Shown: positions 40,463 through 55,714 of the stretch, one piece after another | How positions within the stretch are numbered: the stretch's first letter is position 1 | How the letters are laid out: each line of letters starts with the position of its first letter | Origin: Octopus vulgaris | Taxonomy: Eukaryota | NCBI GenBank assembly: GCA_951406725.2 | Contig: OX597823.1 | Location: 39,618,001 to 39,682,000 of the forward strand | Reading direction: 5' to 3' | Length of the DNA stretch: 64,000 nucleotides | The notes under the pieces: model-generated | What the model was told of the DNA's origin: nothing | Database searches by the model: none | What the model saw: the letters and a program-made list of their open reading frames with translations, nothing else | Position numbers and translations under genes: made by a program

Positions 40463-41248
40463 CAGGGTGCGATGGATAAATTGTCGACATCTTATATTTC
40501 TAATTTCACGCATGTGCATTGATTTTTTTTATTTCGTCTACTATACAGTATAGTAGGGTCAGCTGGGTACCGTCTGTGAGAAAAATAGCACCATGACGCA
40601 ATTCACTCCGCCAGAAATTTAGCAACGACATGCTGTACTGCTTTGCATTCGCACCGGAAGCTCCAATACAAACATTTCAGAGTGTTTGGTTGTCAATCTG
40701 AGGACGGTGCAGCATGAGGACATGTACCGAGAGTAATAAAAATCAAACATCCAGCCTACATCAGGGTGTTTGGAGTGATGGCAACGTTATGCCTCCATTC
40801 ATCTTCCCACACGGATTCAGACTCAGCCCGGAGGCCTACATCAAGTGCCTGGGGGAGGCAGTGCTGTCCTGGATCAAGAGGGTGGCTGTTGGAAACTGTA
40901 CCATGCCACACAAGCAGGAGAACCCAGTTATGCCTGTCAGACAATTTTCTGCGCGACCACATCAAGCCTGGCCACCTAATTCCCCAGACTGCCACCTCCT
41001 TGGTTATTATGTCTGGGGCGCAGTTGAGCGAGAGGCCAACAAATCTCCTTGTGTAATACCAAAGATAAACTTAAGGCATGGATTATGGCAGCATTCACCA
41101 ACTTAAACACGGAAGAGTTCCAAGAGATAAATTTACTCTTTGGTATTTCAAGATATTTTGAGGTAATTTTGGTAAATATATCTATTCAAATGAGATGTCA
41201 GTGTCACATTCGATTTTGTGTAATTTAGGCGACAGTTTATTCACCGCA

Positions 41249-41253
<5 letters not shown>
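40463..41253 (+). mobile_element. Internally deleted Tc1/mariner-superfamily element (DD37D/maT-like), second copy
   Basis: TA-cagggtgcgatggataaattgtcg ... cgacagtttattcaccgcacact-ATA; GVWSDGNVMPPFIFPHGFRL..AWPPNSPDCHLLGYYVWGAVERE. Confidence 0.87.
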
Positions 41254-41324
<71 letters not shown>

Positions 41325-41577
41325 TTGTTGAAATAGAAAGATGAATTTTCTTGTTACAGATTATTCAAAAGTTTAACCAATACCTGGGTAGCAAAAATCA
41401 CAGCAGAAAATACACGGTTGGAGATAAGACCATTTGGTGTTGCGGATAATTGAAGTTTAATATTATTATTGAATGGAAGAAATGGAGTTGAACGAAGATT
41501 GTACAGAATTCCTTTTATAATAAAAGGAATTCTGTACAATCTTCGTTCAACTCCATTTCTTCCATTCAATAATAATA
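41325..41577. repeat. Insert between microsatellites ending in a perfect 58-bp-arm palindrome (41461-41577)
   Basis: tattattattgaatgg...ccttttat-a-ataaaagg...ccattcaataataata. Confidence 0.85.
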
Positions 41578-41582
41578 ATAAT

Positions 41583-41630
<48 letters not shown>

Positions 41631-41634
<4 letters not shown>

Positions 41635-41991
41635 CAGTATCGCCCGGCGTTGCTCGGGTTTGTAAGGGAAATAACTATAAAGCATTTTTAGAGAGTTATA
41701 GCCAAAAAATAGGGAAAAAAATTATGGTAAATTTTTTGGGGGGAGTTAAAAAGGTCGAGTTGCGTCCCCATGACCATCTGTAGTTTGTGTTTCTGATTGT
41801 CGACCCCATGTCGAATTTATCGATCTTTTTCAGAACTGGGGGAACTTTTCAAAATTTTCGCTGCGTTAGTTTTGAATTATGACATTGGGCTATGTGTGTG
41901 TCAAGTTTCATCAGAATCGGTTGAAAGCCGTGGTCAGAGTGAGGGTACAACCAAACAGACACACAGAAACATACACAGACAAACTGCCGTT

Positions 41992-41998
<7 letters not shown>
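41631..41998 (-). mobile_element. Non-autonomous Helitron
   Basis: Same 3' end as the 52621 element (cccgagcaacgccgggcgatactgcta on the minus strand: GC hairpin plus CTAG-like end). Confidence 0.72.
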
Positions 41999-42051
<53 letters not shown>

Positions 42052-42052
42052 C

Positions 42053-42083
<31 letters not shown>

Positions 42084-42120
42084 CATACATATATATATAC
42101 ATATATATATATATACATAC

Positions 42121-42156
<36 letters not shown>

Positions 42157-42172
42157 GTGTGTGTATATATGC

Positions 42173-42247
<75 letters not shown>

Positions 42248-42534
42248 AATTCGGTGTGTGTTGCGTTCCATTACTTAATAAATGAAAAGATGTATGGCAA
42301 ATAAGCAAACGACATAACGTATACTGATTGTACAACTGGACGGGAGACAAACAAAGAAGTTCCCTAATTCTTCATCAGTTATCAACCAATTAGTAAGATT
42401 CAGTTTCACACACCATTAATGATAAACTGAGGGCTTCCCATAGTTGTACATATACGCATATACGCGTCCAATAACACTATATTTGTTCCACGTCCTCACG
42501 TTGTTGTGTTTTCTCCTTGTGTTTTCATGTTTGG

Positions 42535-42591
<57 letters not shown>

Positions 42592-43439
42592 GTAAGTGTG
42601 TGTGTGTATTCAAGTATAATTATACGTAAATAAATATAATGTTCAAGTATTTTTGCGTCGAAAGTTGATTTGTTTATGTGGTGCTGTCGTGCTGTGCATG
42701 TGTATGCTCGTGACAGCAGGTGATGCGGTTATGAGTATTAAATGGGAGCAGACGCAGTTATTCACAAAAAGCAATCCACTTGCAGGAGTTGCAACGAATG
42801 TATATTTACATACGCTAATACACATAGCCATTTATAGAGACGGAAACATATAAAACGACAACGCGATACTACATTCACATGCACATATAAAAGTATGAGT
42901 ATGACGGCGAGCTGGCTGAATCGTTACCGCGTCGGACAAAATGCTTACCGGTATTTCTTCTGACTTTACTCTCCGACTTGTGAAGGAATTTCAATTTCTC
43001 TGTATGATTTTCTTCTTATAAGGGAAACCTATATATACATTCAGTTGATGCGCAGAAGACGGAATACCCAGATGTGCTTCATGAGAAGACAAATTGGATT
43101 ATAATTCTTTTAATGTATAGTCTATATAGACACACACACATACACGTACACATCACACACATAACAAACACAACAAACAAAACACACACACGCGAATATA
43201 TTTAGTTAAGTCAAGTACATATAAAAGCGACTTAACATTCAACTGAAGGATTACTCAATACCTTTAGAAGTGCCCATGTTTATCAATTTTTCTTGCAAAG
43301 AAAATAGTGACAGTGACTTCGAAGTTTTGGCTTGCTCGTCTTATGCAGGCAATCAAGTACAGGCGTGGCGCTGTGGTAATATGAAATTAAATAAATACCA
43401 AGGGAACAAGAAATCATGTAACACACACATACATATATA

Positions 43440-44180
<741 letters not shown>

Positions 44181-44202
44181 ATACATGGATGTATTTATAC
44201 AT

Positions 44203-45060
44203 AAAGTGGTCAGGCTAATTTGGTGAATTTTATAATCTCCCTTTTTTCAAGAACTGCTTGATGTATCGGTGAGCAGTCAACGGCGTTGGAAAGCACAAAG
44301 ATTAGAGTTGTAGGTGAGAAAAAGCTAACTGACATGGAGGACTGGAAGCCATCTGAATATTGGAAGAGAGTTACGTACCTATATCACGACTACTGCTCAG
44401 TGCTCTGTGATTACCGCAAAGGCTGTAAGACGTGATATGCACAGCTGTAACGGAAACTGCAAAACCAGGAAGGAACACAGCAGGTGTCCTGATTATGTCC
44501 ACACGGCAGAATTTATCCAGCAATTGCAGAACAAAGTGATGGAAGATGTGAGCAAGGGAATCCGGGCTTTTGCCAGAGAGATGGACGTTGAAGTCACCAC
44601 CATGAAGCTGGCCCTGAATGAGGACCTTCGCTACAACTCGTACAATAGGCACCATACCTCAGGGAAAAATCGGAAGTAGTTGTTGAAGAATTTCTATGAC
44701 TTCACTAGTAACAATGTCTGGCTTCCTAATTCTTCCGATTGTAATCCCATGGATTACTATGTGTGGAACGCTGGTGGGCAAGAGATCAACCGCCCTGCCT
44801 GCAACACCAAGGCCGAGCTGGTGGCTAAGATCAAGGAGATGCTGGAATATTTTCCCAGGGACACAGTGATGAACGCAAACGTTATTGCTCCGGAGCCATC
44901 TTGAGGTCGTGCTGGAAGCTGAGGGCAGCTACCTTAAGTGAACTGTTATCTCTTAGCAATAATCTAGTTGATGTTTTTTATTCTTTTTAATTTTTTAAAA
45001 ATACTTCTCATTTTGAATGGAATATTGTGTTTTCTTTTCCTTTTATTTAGCCCGAACTGT
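44203..45060 (+). mobile_element. Deleted Tc1/mariner-superfamily element (third, more distant family)
   Basis: NVWLPNSSDCNPMDYYVWNA..NTKAELVAKIKEM; HTH-like SKGIRAFAREMDVEVTTMKLALNEDL; weak TIR caggctaa/ttagcccg. Confidence 0.8.
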
Positions 45061-45334
45061 AAAATTTAACCCAAATTTAACCAGGTGTTAGAACTCAATA
45101 TACAAATACTTCAGGAAAGAGCGTCAATCAAGTACAGAGCAGTAATAAGAAATTAAATAAATTTCAAGGGAACAAGAAATTATGTAATATACACACATAT
45201 ACACTAATATTTATTTAAGCAGATGGTTGGATGTACGGATGCATAGAAATATTAGTTAGTGACAAAAGGACATTTCTTTAGAATCGAACTTACATACACA
45301 CAAACATATACATAGATGCATACATACATATATT

Positions 45335-45377
<43 letters not shown>

Positions 45378-45385
<8 letters not shown>

Positions 45386-45654
45386 ATCACGTGACCGACC
45401 AGACCATCAGATGTTGCTACACATCGCTGGTCACAATGCGTTCGCATTGTTTTAGCCTTCGAATGACGCCACCCCGCTGGCTAAGCGAGCAGGCCAACAG
45501 AAGAAAGAGTGAGAGAAAGAGTGGTGAAGGGGATCACCACCCCCTGTCGGAGCTTCGTGGCGCTCAATAAACACTCACAACACCCGGTCTGGGAATCGAA
45601 ACCGCGATCCTACGACCGCGAGTCCGCTGCCCTAACCACTAGGCCATTGCACCT

Positions 45655-45655
<1 letters not shown>
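45378..45655 (-). mobile_element. tRNA(Arg)-like-headed SINE with an alternative 3' tail (family D)
   Basis: Head nearly identical to 4777-4870; tail cacgtgatcacgtgaccgaccagacc is unrelated to the family C tail. Confidence 0.85.
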
Positions 45656-45718
<63 letters not shown>

Positions 45719-46401
45719 GTATATACACATACGTATATACATACACACATACATATTCACATACCTCTATACCAATACATACTATATACATACGCGTGCC
45801 ACTATATATATAGCTATTACACCTATAAATATATGTAGCTATATTTGTGTGTATACATAAATATATTTTTCAAAATCGTAGTAGATAAAGACTTTACTCT
45901 GTGCGATCGCTAGCTTATTCCAGTAAACAGGAGTGTGCTAATAAAAATAATACAGATAATTAAACACAAGAAAACATACAAAATATCTCCAAAGAAACGA
46001 AAACGAAATGCATTAAATGGAATGGAGATGTTCCAAGTGGCTTCATGGCGAAATTCAAATGACGAAAACAGGTGTCGGCCTTGAGACCTGGGTAGTTTCT
46101 TTGACCAGAAAAATAAGCTACTCGTGTGCGAGTGTATGATGAACACACACTTGTGTAAATATGTCTATGAATTACAAGTGTGAGTAAACATATGTGTGTG
46201 TCTATGTGTGTGTGTATGTATATGTGTATATGTATTTATGTAGGTATAGATTTATGTGTATATATATATATATATTTATTTATTTATTTCTATATCTATA
46301 TCTATATCTATTTATCTATTAATCTATAATTATATTGAATATACGTAACACACACACATATATATATGTATATATAGATGTATGTATCAATATATGTGTG
46401 T

Positions 46402-46441
<40 letters not shown>

Positions 46442-46524
46442 TATACATGTGTATGTATATGTGTGTGTGCTTGTGTGTGTTGTATTTTTAATTGGCAGAT
46501 GTTACAGACGTCCAAGAGTCGAGA

Positions 46525-46662
46525 ATTTCGCGTATGATAAGGGTCACTATGAATAGCAGTGACCCGCACACAGTACCCTGTGGAACACCACTCGCTATTT
46601 ATGTTTGCTTGGAGGTGGCTCTATTAGCTGCCACCGCCTGACTTCTGCCTTTTAAAACACGT
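46525..46662 (-). mobile_element. Inverted duplicate of part of the adjacent CR1-like RT
   Basis: Reverse complement matches 47424-47545 (cagaagtcaggcggt..gccacctccaagcaaaca..ggtactgtgtgcgggtcactgctattcatagtgaccc). Confidence 0.8.
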
Positions 46663-46692
46663 CACACTTGAGTCACTTTGTAACACCTGTTA

Positions 46693-46802
<110 letters not shown>

Positions 46803-47089
46803 TCATACATATACATACATACATATATATAAATGTGTGTGTATATGTGCATAGGTACAAGCAAATGAAGAAACCAGCAGAGTCTTTTGTTACTACAACT
46901 GTAACCATGGAGGTTATAATAATTTATTACACCGGCAACGAAGATGTATTGTTGTCCATAGATGAGTTAGAAGGGAACTCAGTTGCTGACCTTGTTGGAT
47001 TCTCATCAATCCTTCTCGAATGAGAGAAAACCACTGCAGCTTCTTTTTCAGAGTTTCCTTGCAAATGGCAAACCCCATGGCAAATTTAA

Positions 47090-47720
47090 TGAGGGAATAA
47101 TATGCCCTATTCACAAAAAAGAAAGCAGAACGAATGCTAAATGCTGAAGGCCTGTCTCTCTGACTTCATTCAACAGCAAAGTCATGGAACAAATAAGCAG
47201 AAGGAAAGCATTTGCATTTTTGGAAGAGAATGACCTACTAACCATGGTTTTCAACCAAGTATAAGTTGTCTAACACAGCTCTTACAGCATTACAACTGGG
47301 TGTTAAATCAGATGCTCAACTTAGATATTCCAAAAGCATTTGATAAAGCCGACCACGGTATGGTATGTCACAAGCTGCGTGATCTCGGCATAGTCGGAAA
47401 ACTTGGAGAGTGACTGCACGACGTTTTAAAAGACAGAAGTCAGGCGGTGTCAGCCAATAGAGCCACCTCCAAGCAAACACAAATAGCCAGCGGTGTTCCA
47501 TAGGGTACTGTGTGCGGGTCACTGCTATTCATAGTGACCCATTCAGACATGCTCTCAGTTGCTCAGATAACCATCCTTGCTAGCTATACAAATGATACAA
47601 AAGTCTCTCAGAAGACAGAACCCTGGAGATGTTGCATATCTGCAACAGGAGTTGGATGAAACATAAATGTAGACTTGGGACAATAACATGCAGTTTAATG
47701 CTGGAGAATTTCAAGACCTG
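47090..47720 (+). pseudogene. CR1/Jockey-group LINE reverse transcriptase remnant
   Basis: NHGFQPSISCLTQLLQHY; LDIPKAFDKADHG; ASGVP*GTVCGSLLFIV; ASYTNDTKV (degenerate YADD). Confidence 0.85.
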
Positions 47721-47990
47721 CGCGGATCGGCAAAAGAGACCGATAGAATAAGTATCAGGCTCAAAATTTAAAAAGAAAAAATACTGGGGTCGTTTCATTT
47801 GACTCAAATTTCTTCAAGGCGGTGCCCCAGGATAGCTTCGGCTGTATAACTGAAGTAAGTAAAGTATAAAGGACGAAAGTTATGCATATGCCTACACATA
47901 TCTACATATATACGTATATATAATCATTAGGTACATATATATGCATATGTTTGTGTCTCCTTGTCTCGATATCCTACAATTGATGTAAAT

Positions 47991-48581
47991 CAGGGGTTCT
48001 CAACCATTTTTTATCAATGGACTCCTTTGATTACTATTTTTCTCTGGTAGACGCCCATAGTCATTCGATATTAAAAACTAGTTGTATGGAAACTTCTTCC
48101 AAAATTCCTCTATTGTTTTTCACTCATTAACTTGTGTAGGTTGATCTATGTTAGGGAGAGAAACCAAGCTTTTTCTTATTTCTTTATTGCCCACAAGGGG
48201 CTAAACATAGAGGGGACAAACAAGGACAGACAAACAGATTAAGTCGATTATATCGACCCCGGTGCGTAACTGGTACTTAATTTATCGACCCCGAAAGGAT
48301 GAAAGGCAAAGTCGACCTCGGTGGAATTTGAACTCACAACGTAACAGCAGACGAAATACTGCTAAGCATTTCGCCCGGCGCGCTAACGCTTCTGCCAGCT
48401 CGCCGCCTTAGAAACCAAACTCTTTCTTGCAATACACACCAATATCTACACCTAAAACAAAATTTTTTCGGGGGTCCTTCAAATTCTATTGTCGATTCCC
48501 AATTTACTACTTTCTTACATGGAGCTGAAAAAACTTATATGGACCCTCAGAGGTCATCTGGACTCCGGTTGAGAACTACTG
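47991..48581. mobile_element. hAT (Charlie-like) MITE with 8-bp TSD, interrupted by a SINE
   Basis: TIR caggggttctcaacc / ggttgagaactactg; atgtaaat duplicated at 47983-47990 and 48582-48589. Confidence 0.92.
48173..48408 (-). mobile_element. Full-length young SINE family A nested in the MITE
   Basis: Complete head-to-tail match; agaaaccaa duplicated on both sides. Confidence 0.92.
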
Positions 48582-49105
48582 ATGTAAATGACTATCACTG
48601 TGATACAAGTAGTGTCATTCGCATCTAATATTCTATGAGAACATGTCTGGCCATGAGGAAAGTATTACTTTTGCTTGGAAATAGGTGAGGGTTGGAGACA
48701 GGGAGGGCATCAGGACGTAGAATATCTGCTTCAATAAACTTTGCTTGACCCAAGCATGGAAAAGTGGATATTTAAATGGTGACAAGACGACGATGACAGG
48801 ACAACGATGACGACGACAACAACGACGACGATGATGATGATGAAAATACACACACACACATATACGCACGTAAATACTCACATACACACATATATACGCA
48901 CATACATGCATACACACTCAGAACTACGTGCTCATTTATATTGGCGTACATGCGCAGGTGCGAATCAAGTTATGTAGAAGATACAAGCTGACATATACAC
49001 ACATATACACACATGTACAATAGTTCCATACATAATTGACCATACACACATACACAGAAACAGACACATGCACAACCAGATACATACACAAATATACACA
49101 TATAA

Positions 49106-49144
<39 letters not shown>

Positions 49145-49452
49145 CATGTACAAATACATACATGTATACATACCAACATAGCTATCTTTATCTCTTCATC
49201 TCTTTATGTACTTCTTTATCGCCCACAACGTTATTAACGGTTTTCAACATACGTCAATGTCTCGCTGACGTCTATGTATGTGCATACACGCACACACACA
49301 CAGACACACACACTCACACGCACACAAATACTTACATACACACACATACACAAACACACACACTGATACACATGTAAGGGTAGACAGCGTGTATATATAT
49401 ATATATATATATATAAATATGTATATATATTTATATATATATATAATCTACA

Positions 49453-49531
<79 letters not shown>

Positions 49532-49585
49532 ATATATCAAACATATATATATATGTATATATATATGTGTGTGAGTGTGTGTATC

Positions 49586-49618
<33 letters not shown>

Positions 49619-50366
49619 CTCATACGCATATGCATTTGCTTGTATGCCTACCGTACTGTATATAAATACATTTGCACGTGTTTACACTCATTATACAGAC
49701 ATATTTACGCAAATGCATATATTTACATATATTTGGATGGAAAGTACGTCTATAAATCTTGCAGATTTGGGAAAACGTAGAAGGAGATAAGTTCATGTGT
49801 GGTGAGTGCCCTTGTATCTCTCTTTATATCTTTCTTTCTCTCTGTCTGTTTCTTCCTCTCTCTCTCCCTCTCTTTCTCCCTCTCTCTCGTTGGCTCTCGC
49901 TTACATGAATATATACTCACATATTTATTAGGTTGTAAGATATATTTGTATGTGTTATGCATACATACATGTATATATATACATGTCTTTGTATGTATAA
50001 CACATACAAGTATATCTTACAACCTAATAAATATATATATATATGTACACACACACACACACACGTATAAATACATAGATAAATGAAAGAAATCGAACAC
50101 ATATACAAGGCGTGCGTATTGTTAGTTCGTTGGTCGTCTGCGTTTTAGGCATAAGGGAATATATTCTCAATGCACCTGGTGCTGAAAACACCTGAAAGTA
50201 AGACATAGACAGGTAGGGCCAATCACATCAGGTCACTTATCGAAGCGACAGATATCGATGTTTCGTCAATGTTGTGACTTTCAACATTGCCGGTTAACGA
50301 ACAAAGCCTACTGTAAGCTATATCGCTGACATGATAATATGGTAAATGGTTTAGCATATATGTGTG

Positions 50367-50401
<35 letters not shown>

Positions 50402-50405
<4 letters not shown>

Positions 50406-50840
50406 CAAATAATAAAATGGAGAAACAAATTTAGTTTGCTCATCAACTTTCTGATATTACAATGTTGGATTGTTTATTCAATTAAAATGAGAACATCAAA
50501 ACCATACAAATATATCCTATAATTCAATACATATATATATATAATAAAATATTAGGGAATAAATCCAAACTTACAGGGAAAAATCAGATTTTGGATTAAA
50601 TCCAATTTTATAGTATAAATATATTATATTATATTAAATTAGAGATGAAACCACTATTAAGCAAATCAAACAGTGAAAAACATAAGCCAATACATAAAAT
50701 TATTAATTTATATTATTTAAATATATATCAAAAGTATTAAAAGTTTAATAAAAGATAAAGAGTAAAACACTACGATCGTTTCATGATTGTACAATTCGTA
50801 ATAATTCGAGTTATGGTTACAGTCAATCTTCAGGTATCTA
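50402..50840 (-). mobile_element. Two stacked pLTR-like fragments in (TA)n; the second carries a hammerhead
   Basis: 50402-50530 is homologous to 43670-43800; 50545-50840 ends in a CTGAAGA..GAAACGATCGTA core on the minus strand. Confidence 0.6.
50765..50839 (-). ncRNA. Putative type I hammerhead ribozyme
   Basis: Reverse complement: agatac-CTGAAGA-ttgactgta..tacaatcat-GAAAC-gatc-GTA-gtgttt. Stem I needs G-U pairs and stem II is imperfect. Confidence 0.6.
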
Positions 50841-50850
50841 TATGCATATG

Positions 50851-51690
50851 CTAGCCGGTGTATCCGGTAATTCCCGGGGGTAAAGATGTTCTATTGAAAC
50901 TCCTTATTTCTGTGATATAAGAGAGCAATTTCGTTATAACTGCCACAAAAGGTGTATTTTCCGTCACAAAAAAGTACAAAAAACTGTCAGCTGGAAGAAG
51001 AGGAGATTGTTGGAGGTTGGCGAGAGAGGTTTTCGGAGGTTGGCGAGAAAGATTGTCGGAGGTTGGTGAGAGGCAAAGACATTATTCTGCTTAGCGAAGG
51101 CATCTGGAAAATGTGTAAATGCTGTCATTCACAGAATAACTATTGTTTTACCATGAGAAAAGCGCCGCTGAAGTGTTAAGTGAAATTTAGCAATCAAGGA
51201 TCGAATCCACGCTATGCCTGCACGAAGCCACTACAAATATGTTGTGGAATAAACAAATTATCTACTCTCATGGAAAAAGTGTAACTGTAAAAATGCAGGA
51301 TTATCGGTGTAATGGGCATTCAAAAAAGTATGTATGTATAGAAATGTATGAATGAAGTATTTAATGTTTAAGATCCAAATTAAAGAAGTACGATAAAAAT
51401 GTTTAGCAGTTCAACGCTGTGGGTAGTGAAATGCAGAATTAGGTCGGCTGATCATGAGAATCAAATATTGATCGCTTCGCTATTCCCATAAAACCTGCAG
51501 TAGATAGAAGGATCCATTGGAGGGACTCTGTTATCGATTTTTTTCCAGCACTCTAAGTATGTAACAAGGTTTCTATCTATCTATTAAAGCTGCAAAAACA
51601 TCACAAAATATCACAAAACTGCTACTCAGAGTTCCATTGATTGAGTTTCGTGCAATGGCCATACTCGATAACGAGGGGGAAGCCACCATG
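50851..51690 (-). mobile_element. Possible Helitron 3' end with a degraded Pif1-helicase remnant
   Basis: Minus-strand end ccgggaattaccgg..ggCTAG (hairpin plus CTAG); FSHG and FIP words recall Helitron helicase C-terminal motifs; weak. Confidence 0.4.
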
Positions 51691-51724
<34 letters not shown>

Positions 51725-51778
51725 TGTATGTATGTATGTATGCATGCATGCATGTATTTATGTATGTATGTATGTATG

Positions 51779-51822
<44 letters not shown>

Positions 51823-51993
51823 TATATATATATATATATATGACTATTTATGTTTCATAAAGCATATGTATGCATATAAGCATATATTAATGTTACCGGG
51901 TTAAATATCTATACATATGCATGTTTGTGTATATATATGCACGTATGTTTATATTTACATGTGTGCGTATATATGTGTGTATGTGTGTGTGTA

Positions 51994-52036
<43 letters not shown>

Positions 52037-52179
52037 CTAATACATATCTATATGGTCTCATGTGGAGGCTGTGAATTTGAGCTTGAAATCATACTGGTTT
52101 GATGAGCCGACTCTGCGACACTGGTTCGGCATGGCTTGCTGGATGGATGAAGTGTGTTATACTCATCTCATACCCAAGA

Positions 52180-52333
52180 GTAGTTAAGTCGATGACATTG
52201 ATCCCATTGCTCAATTGGTGCTTATTTTATCGTCCCGGGAAGGATCAGAGATTAAGTCGACCTCGGTGGGATTTTAACTCCGAACGTAAAAGAAGTCGAA
52301 ATATTACTAAGTATTTCGCCCGCCGTGCTAATG
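52180..52333 (-). mobile_element. SINE family A, diverged
   Basis: gtcgacctcggtgggattttaactcc..ttcgcccgccgtgctaatgattctgcc. Confidence 0.75.
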
Positions 52334-52458
52334 ATTCTGCCATCACGCCGCCTTCTCTCTCTCTGTCATACACTCTCTCTCTCACTCTCACTCTCTGTCT
52401 CTCTCTCTTCCCGTATACATATATACATACATACATACACACACACATATATATATAT

Positions 52459-52602
<144 letters not shown>

Positions 52603-52620
52603 TTAATATATATGTATACA

Positions 52621-53008
52621 CTAGCAGTATCGCCCGGCGCTGCTCGGGTTTGTTTCGACCCACTGGAATTGGAATTTTTGAAAAGTAAAAATTTTGCATT
52701 ATGTAGCTTGTTATTCTCTTCAAGTGAACATTTTTCTGGTTGAAATACACCGAAAAGTGGCGACACAGCAGTGAAAAAATCGTAAAAAAATAGGGATTTT
52801 CATAGAAAAAAGCACCTTTTTGATGTAAATAATTTTTGGTGTTAATATGGTCCGGTTTGAATTTTATCTTCTACGGAAGGAAGAGCAACCCTTCTTCTAT
52901 CATACTCTCAATTTTGGTCAACTTGCGCCGCAGGGTCTCGGAGGAGATAGTGTTAGTTGAAGGTTACCAAACCTGGCGCACACAGACAACTTCAGCTTTA
53001 TATATAGA
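52621..53008 (-). mobile_element. Complete non-autonomous Helitron
   Basis: On the minus strand it starts TC(tatatataaagctgaag) and ends cccgagcagcgccggg hairpin, gatactg-CTAG, followed by T. Confidence 0.85.
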
Positions 53009-54077
53009 GGGATAACACACACACACATTAATACACATACATACACACACGCACACACATGTATGTATGTATGAATGTATGTATGTATACATGTACATGA
53101 ACCCAGGACCATGTGTTTGGAACGTAGTTTGTTACCACACAGCCACACCTGCCTCTATGTGTGTGCGTGTGCGTATGTGTGTATGGGTAGATATATTATG
53201 CATGTATATATGTGTATATATATGTGTACATATTACATGTACATCTATATATATACATCTACACATAAAATACAAAACACAAAGTTATATCTTGATATCG
53301 CTAGTGATAACAATACTCAAAATATATAACAGACTGGAATTGTAGGCCCGTCTCTTGCAATTTCGATCAATTGGATCTTGTCCTCCCTCTTGTATAGAAG
53401 TGTACGGCTGCAGCGAAATTCATTTTTGGACTTTCTTCTATCGAAGGCATTTTAACAAAAATGCTTCCGTAAAGACGGTGAAAATATTGTCAATTTTCCC
53501 AAACAGGGACACAATTCAATTTTTAAACAATAACCAAAGACCCTTCTCCGAAAGGGGGGAGGGTTACGGTTTACAATTATTTAACAAATGCAACACAACA
53601 ACGTTTCCCTGACGCGGAACCAACAAAGGTGATTACAATAGTCAAACAGTAATAATAATAACAACAAACCTTTTTAATTTATCCCCATTTATGTGAAACC
53701 ACTTATTCAAGTTCAAGTCATTGATGCAATTTTATACGAATTGCTAATACACACACGCACACACACAGACACACACACATGATAAGGGAATACTTTCACT
53801 TTAATAGTTTCACACTTGCAAAGAGAAAGTAGGAGAAAGTGTGGTGGTAATAGCAGGAGTAAACCATTTGAAATGAGAGAGGCAAATCGTAAAATATTGA
53901 GTTTTCTCGAATTTTTGCTTAATTGGGGTCAAATTGAAAAAACTTGATATGCCATGACCCAATCGAATCTACTTGGAAAAATCATAGGTAAATTCCAATT
54001 GAAGAAATTCTATATTGTAGAATTGTATTAAAAAGAAACATGGGAACAGGCAGGGAAAATCTGCCTTTTATCATAAG

Positions 54078-54188
<111 letters not shown>

Positions 54189-54308
54189 CAAATGTATAAA
54201 CAAATATACAAATACACATATATTTACAAAAGTTTCGAGATGTTGCTAACAAAAAATAATACAAACATAAACGCACCAAGGTGAGAACAAATCACACACA
54301 CGTACACA

Positions 54309-54346
<38 letters not shown>

Positions 54347-54849
54347 TACATACACACACACACAGATTCTCATATACAAACACATTCTCACTCTCACATA
54401 CGCACATACATGTTCTTATCTTGTTCTGCTTTGCGAAGATCTCGAAGATTTTCTAAATATATAGAATATGAAGTGAAACTTGACATCATCCTGTGATGTT
54501 TCTTCTTATAAGAGAGGGAAAAAAGAAAGTATAGAATGATAAAGAAAGAAGGAGGGAGCAAAGAAGAAGAGCACCAGAGAGAGAAAGAGAGAGAGAAGGG
54601 AGAGAGAGAAGGTGAGAAAAAGAGTGAGAGAGAAAGAGAGAGAAAGTGTATACTGTGAACAAAGATGGAGATTGAAGCAAGCAGAGATTATTAATGGAAT
54701 TAAAACAAGAACAAAATTATTTTTCTTGGTTCTCTTGAATTCCCCAGATAATGCTGTTGACACGGTTTTCAGCATAGATTTCAATGAAGTGTGATAAGCT
54801 AGAGAGGGTTCAGCAAGTATATATATATATATATATGCTTGGCTGCTTG

Positions 54850-55007
<158 letters not shown>

Positions 55008-55349
55008 CGTCTGGCTGGTTGTTTGTCTATTCGCCTGTTTGTATACACACGCATCAACTGATTTGGATCTTCTCAATCATGATTATCAATTCTGTAGCTT
55101 CGAGAGTGTAGTTGCCTTGTAAGAATGCTGATGGATATTCCTATTTTGTCATCGAGCTAGTAGAGTAATCGACGCAATCACAGCTTGCTTTGTGATTGAT
55201 GTTAGGTACTCTGTTATTTGGTACTCTGATATTACATAATTTTCACTATCGTATATGCTAAATCGCCAGTCTACTATTGGTAGACAAATCTACCAATTGT
55301 TCTTATCGCCAGAAGAAATGGCTAATAATTTATATGTATGTGTGTGTGA

Positions 55350-55520
55350 CTTTGTATCTGTATTTGACAACCGGTGAAGGTCTGTTTACGTCTCTGTAAC
55401 TTAGCAGTTAAGCAAAAACACCCATAAAATAAGTACTGGGGTCGATTAGTTAGACTGAAAATTCATTCAGGCGGTGCCCCAGCAGGGCTGCAGTCTAATG
55501 ACCGAAACAAGTACAAAGGA
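55350..55520 (+). mobile_element. SINE family B 3' half
   Basis: ttgacaaccggtg..tgtttacgtctctgtaacttagc..ggcggtgccccagc. Confidence 0.7.
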
Positions 55521-55714
55521 AAAAAGAATGAAAGAAAAAGGAGTAATGAAAATTATGTAATATCTCATCATTTTATATAATAAATCGTGTGTATATAAAT
55601 AACCATGCGATTGAGACATTTGTTGCATGAATTGAACTATTGATTATCTTTCCATTATATACACGATGAATAGACACCTTCTCAACTATTCTGTGTGTGT
55701 GTGTATCATCATGG

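Noticed and set aside
53355-53612. 85-aa ORF in unique sequence
   Set aside because: TTG start, no recognisable motif or convincing splice sites.
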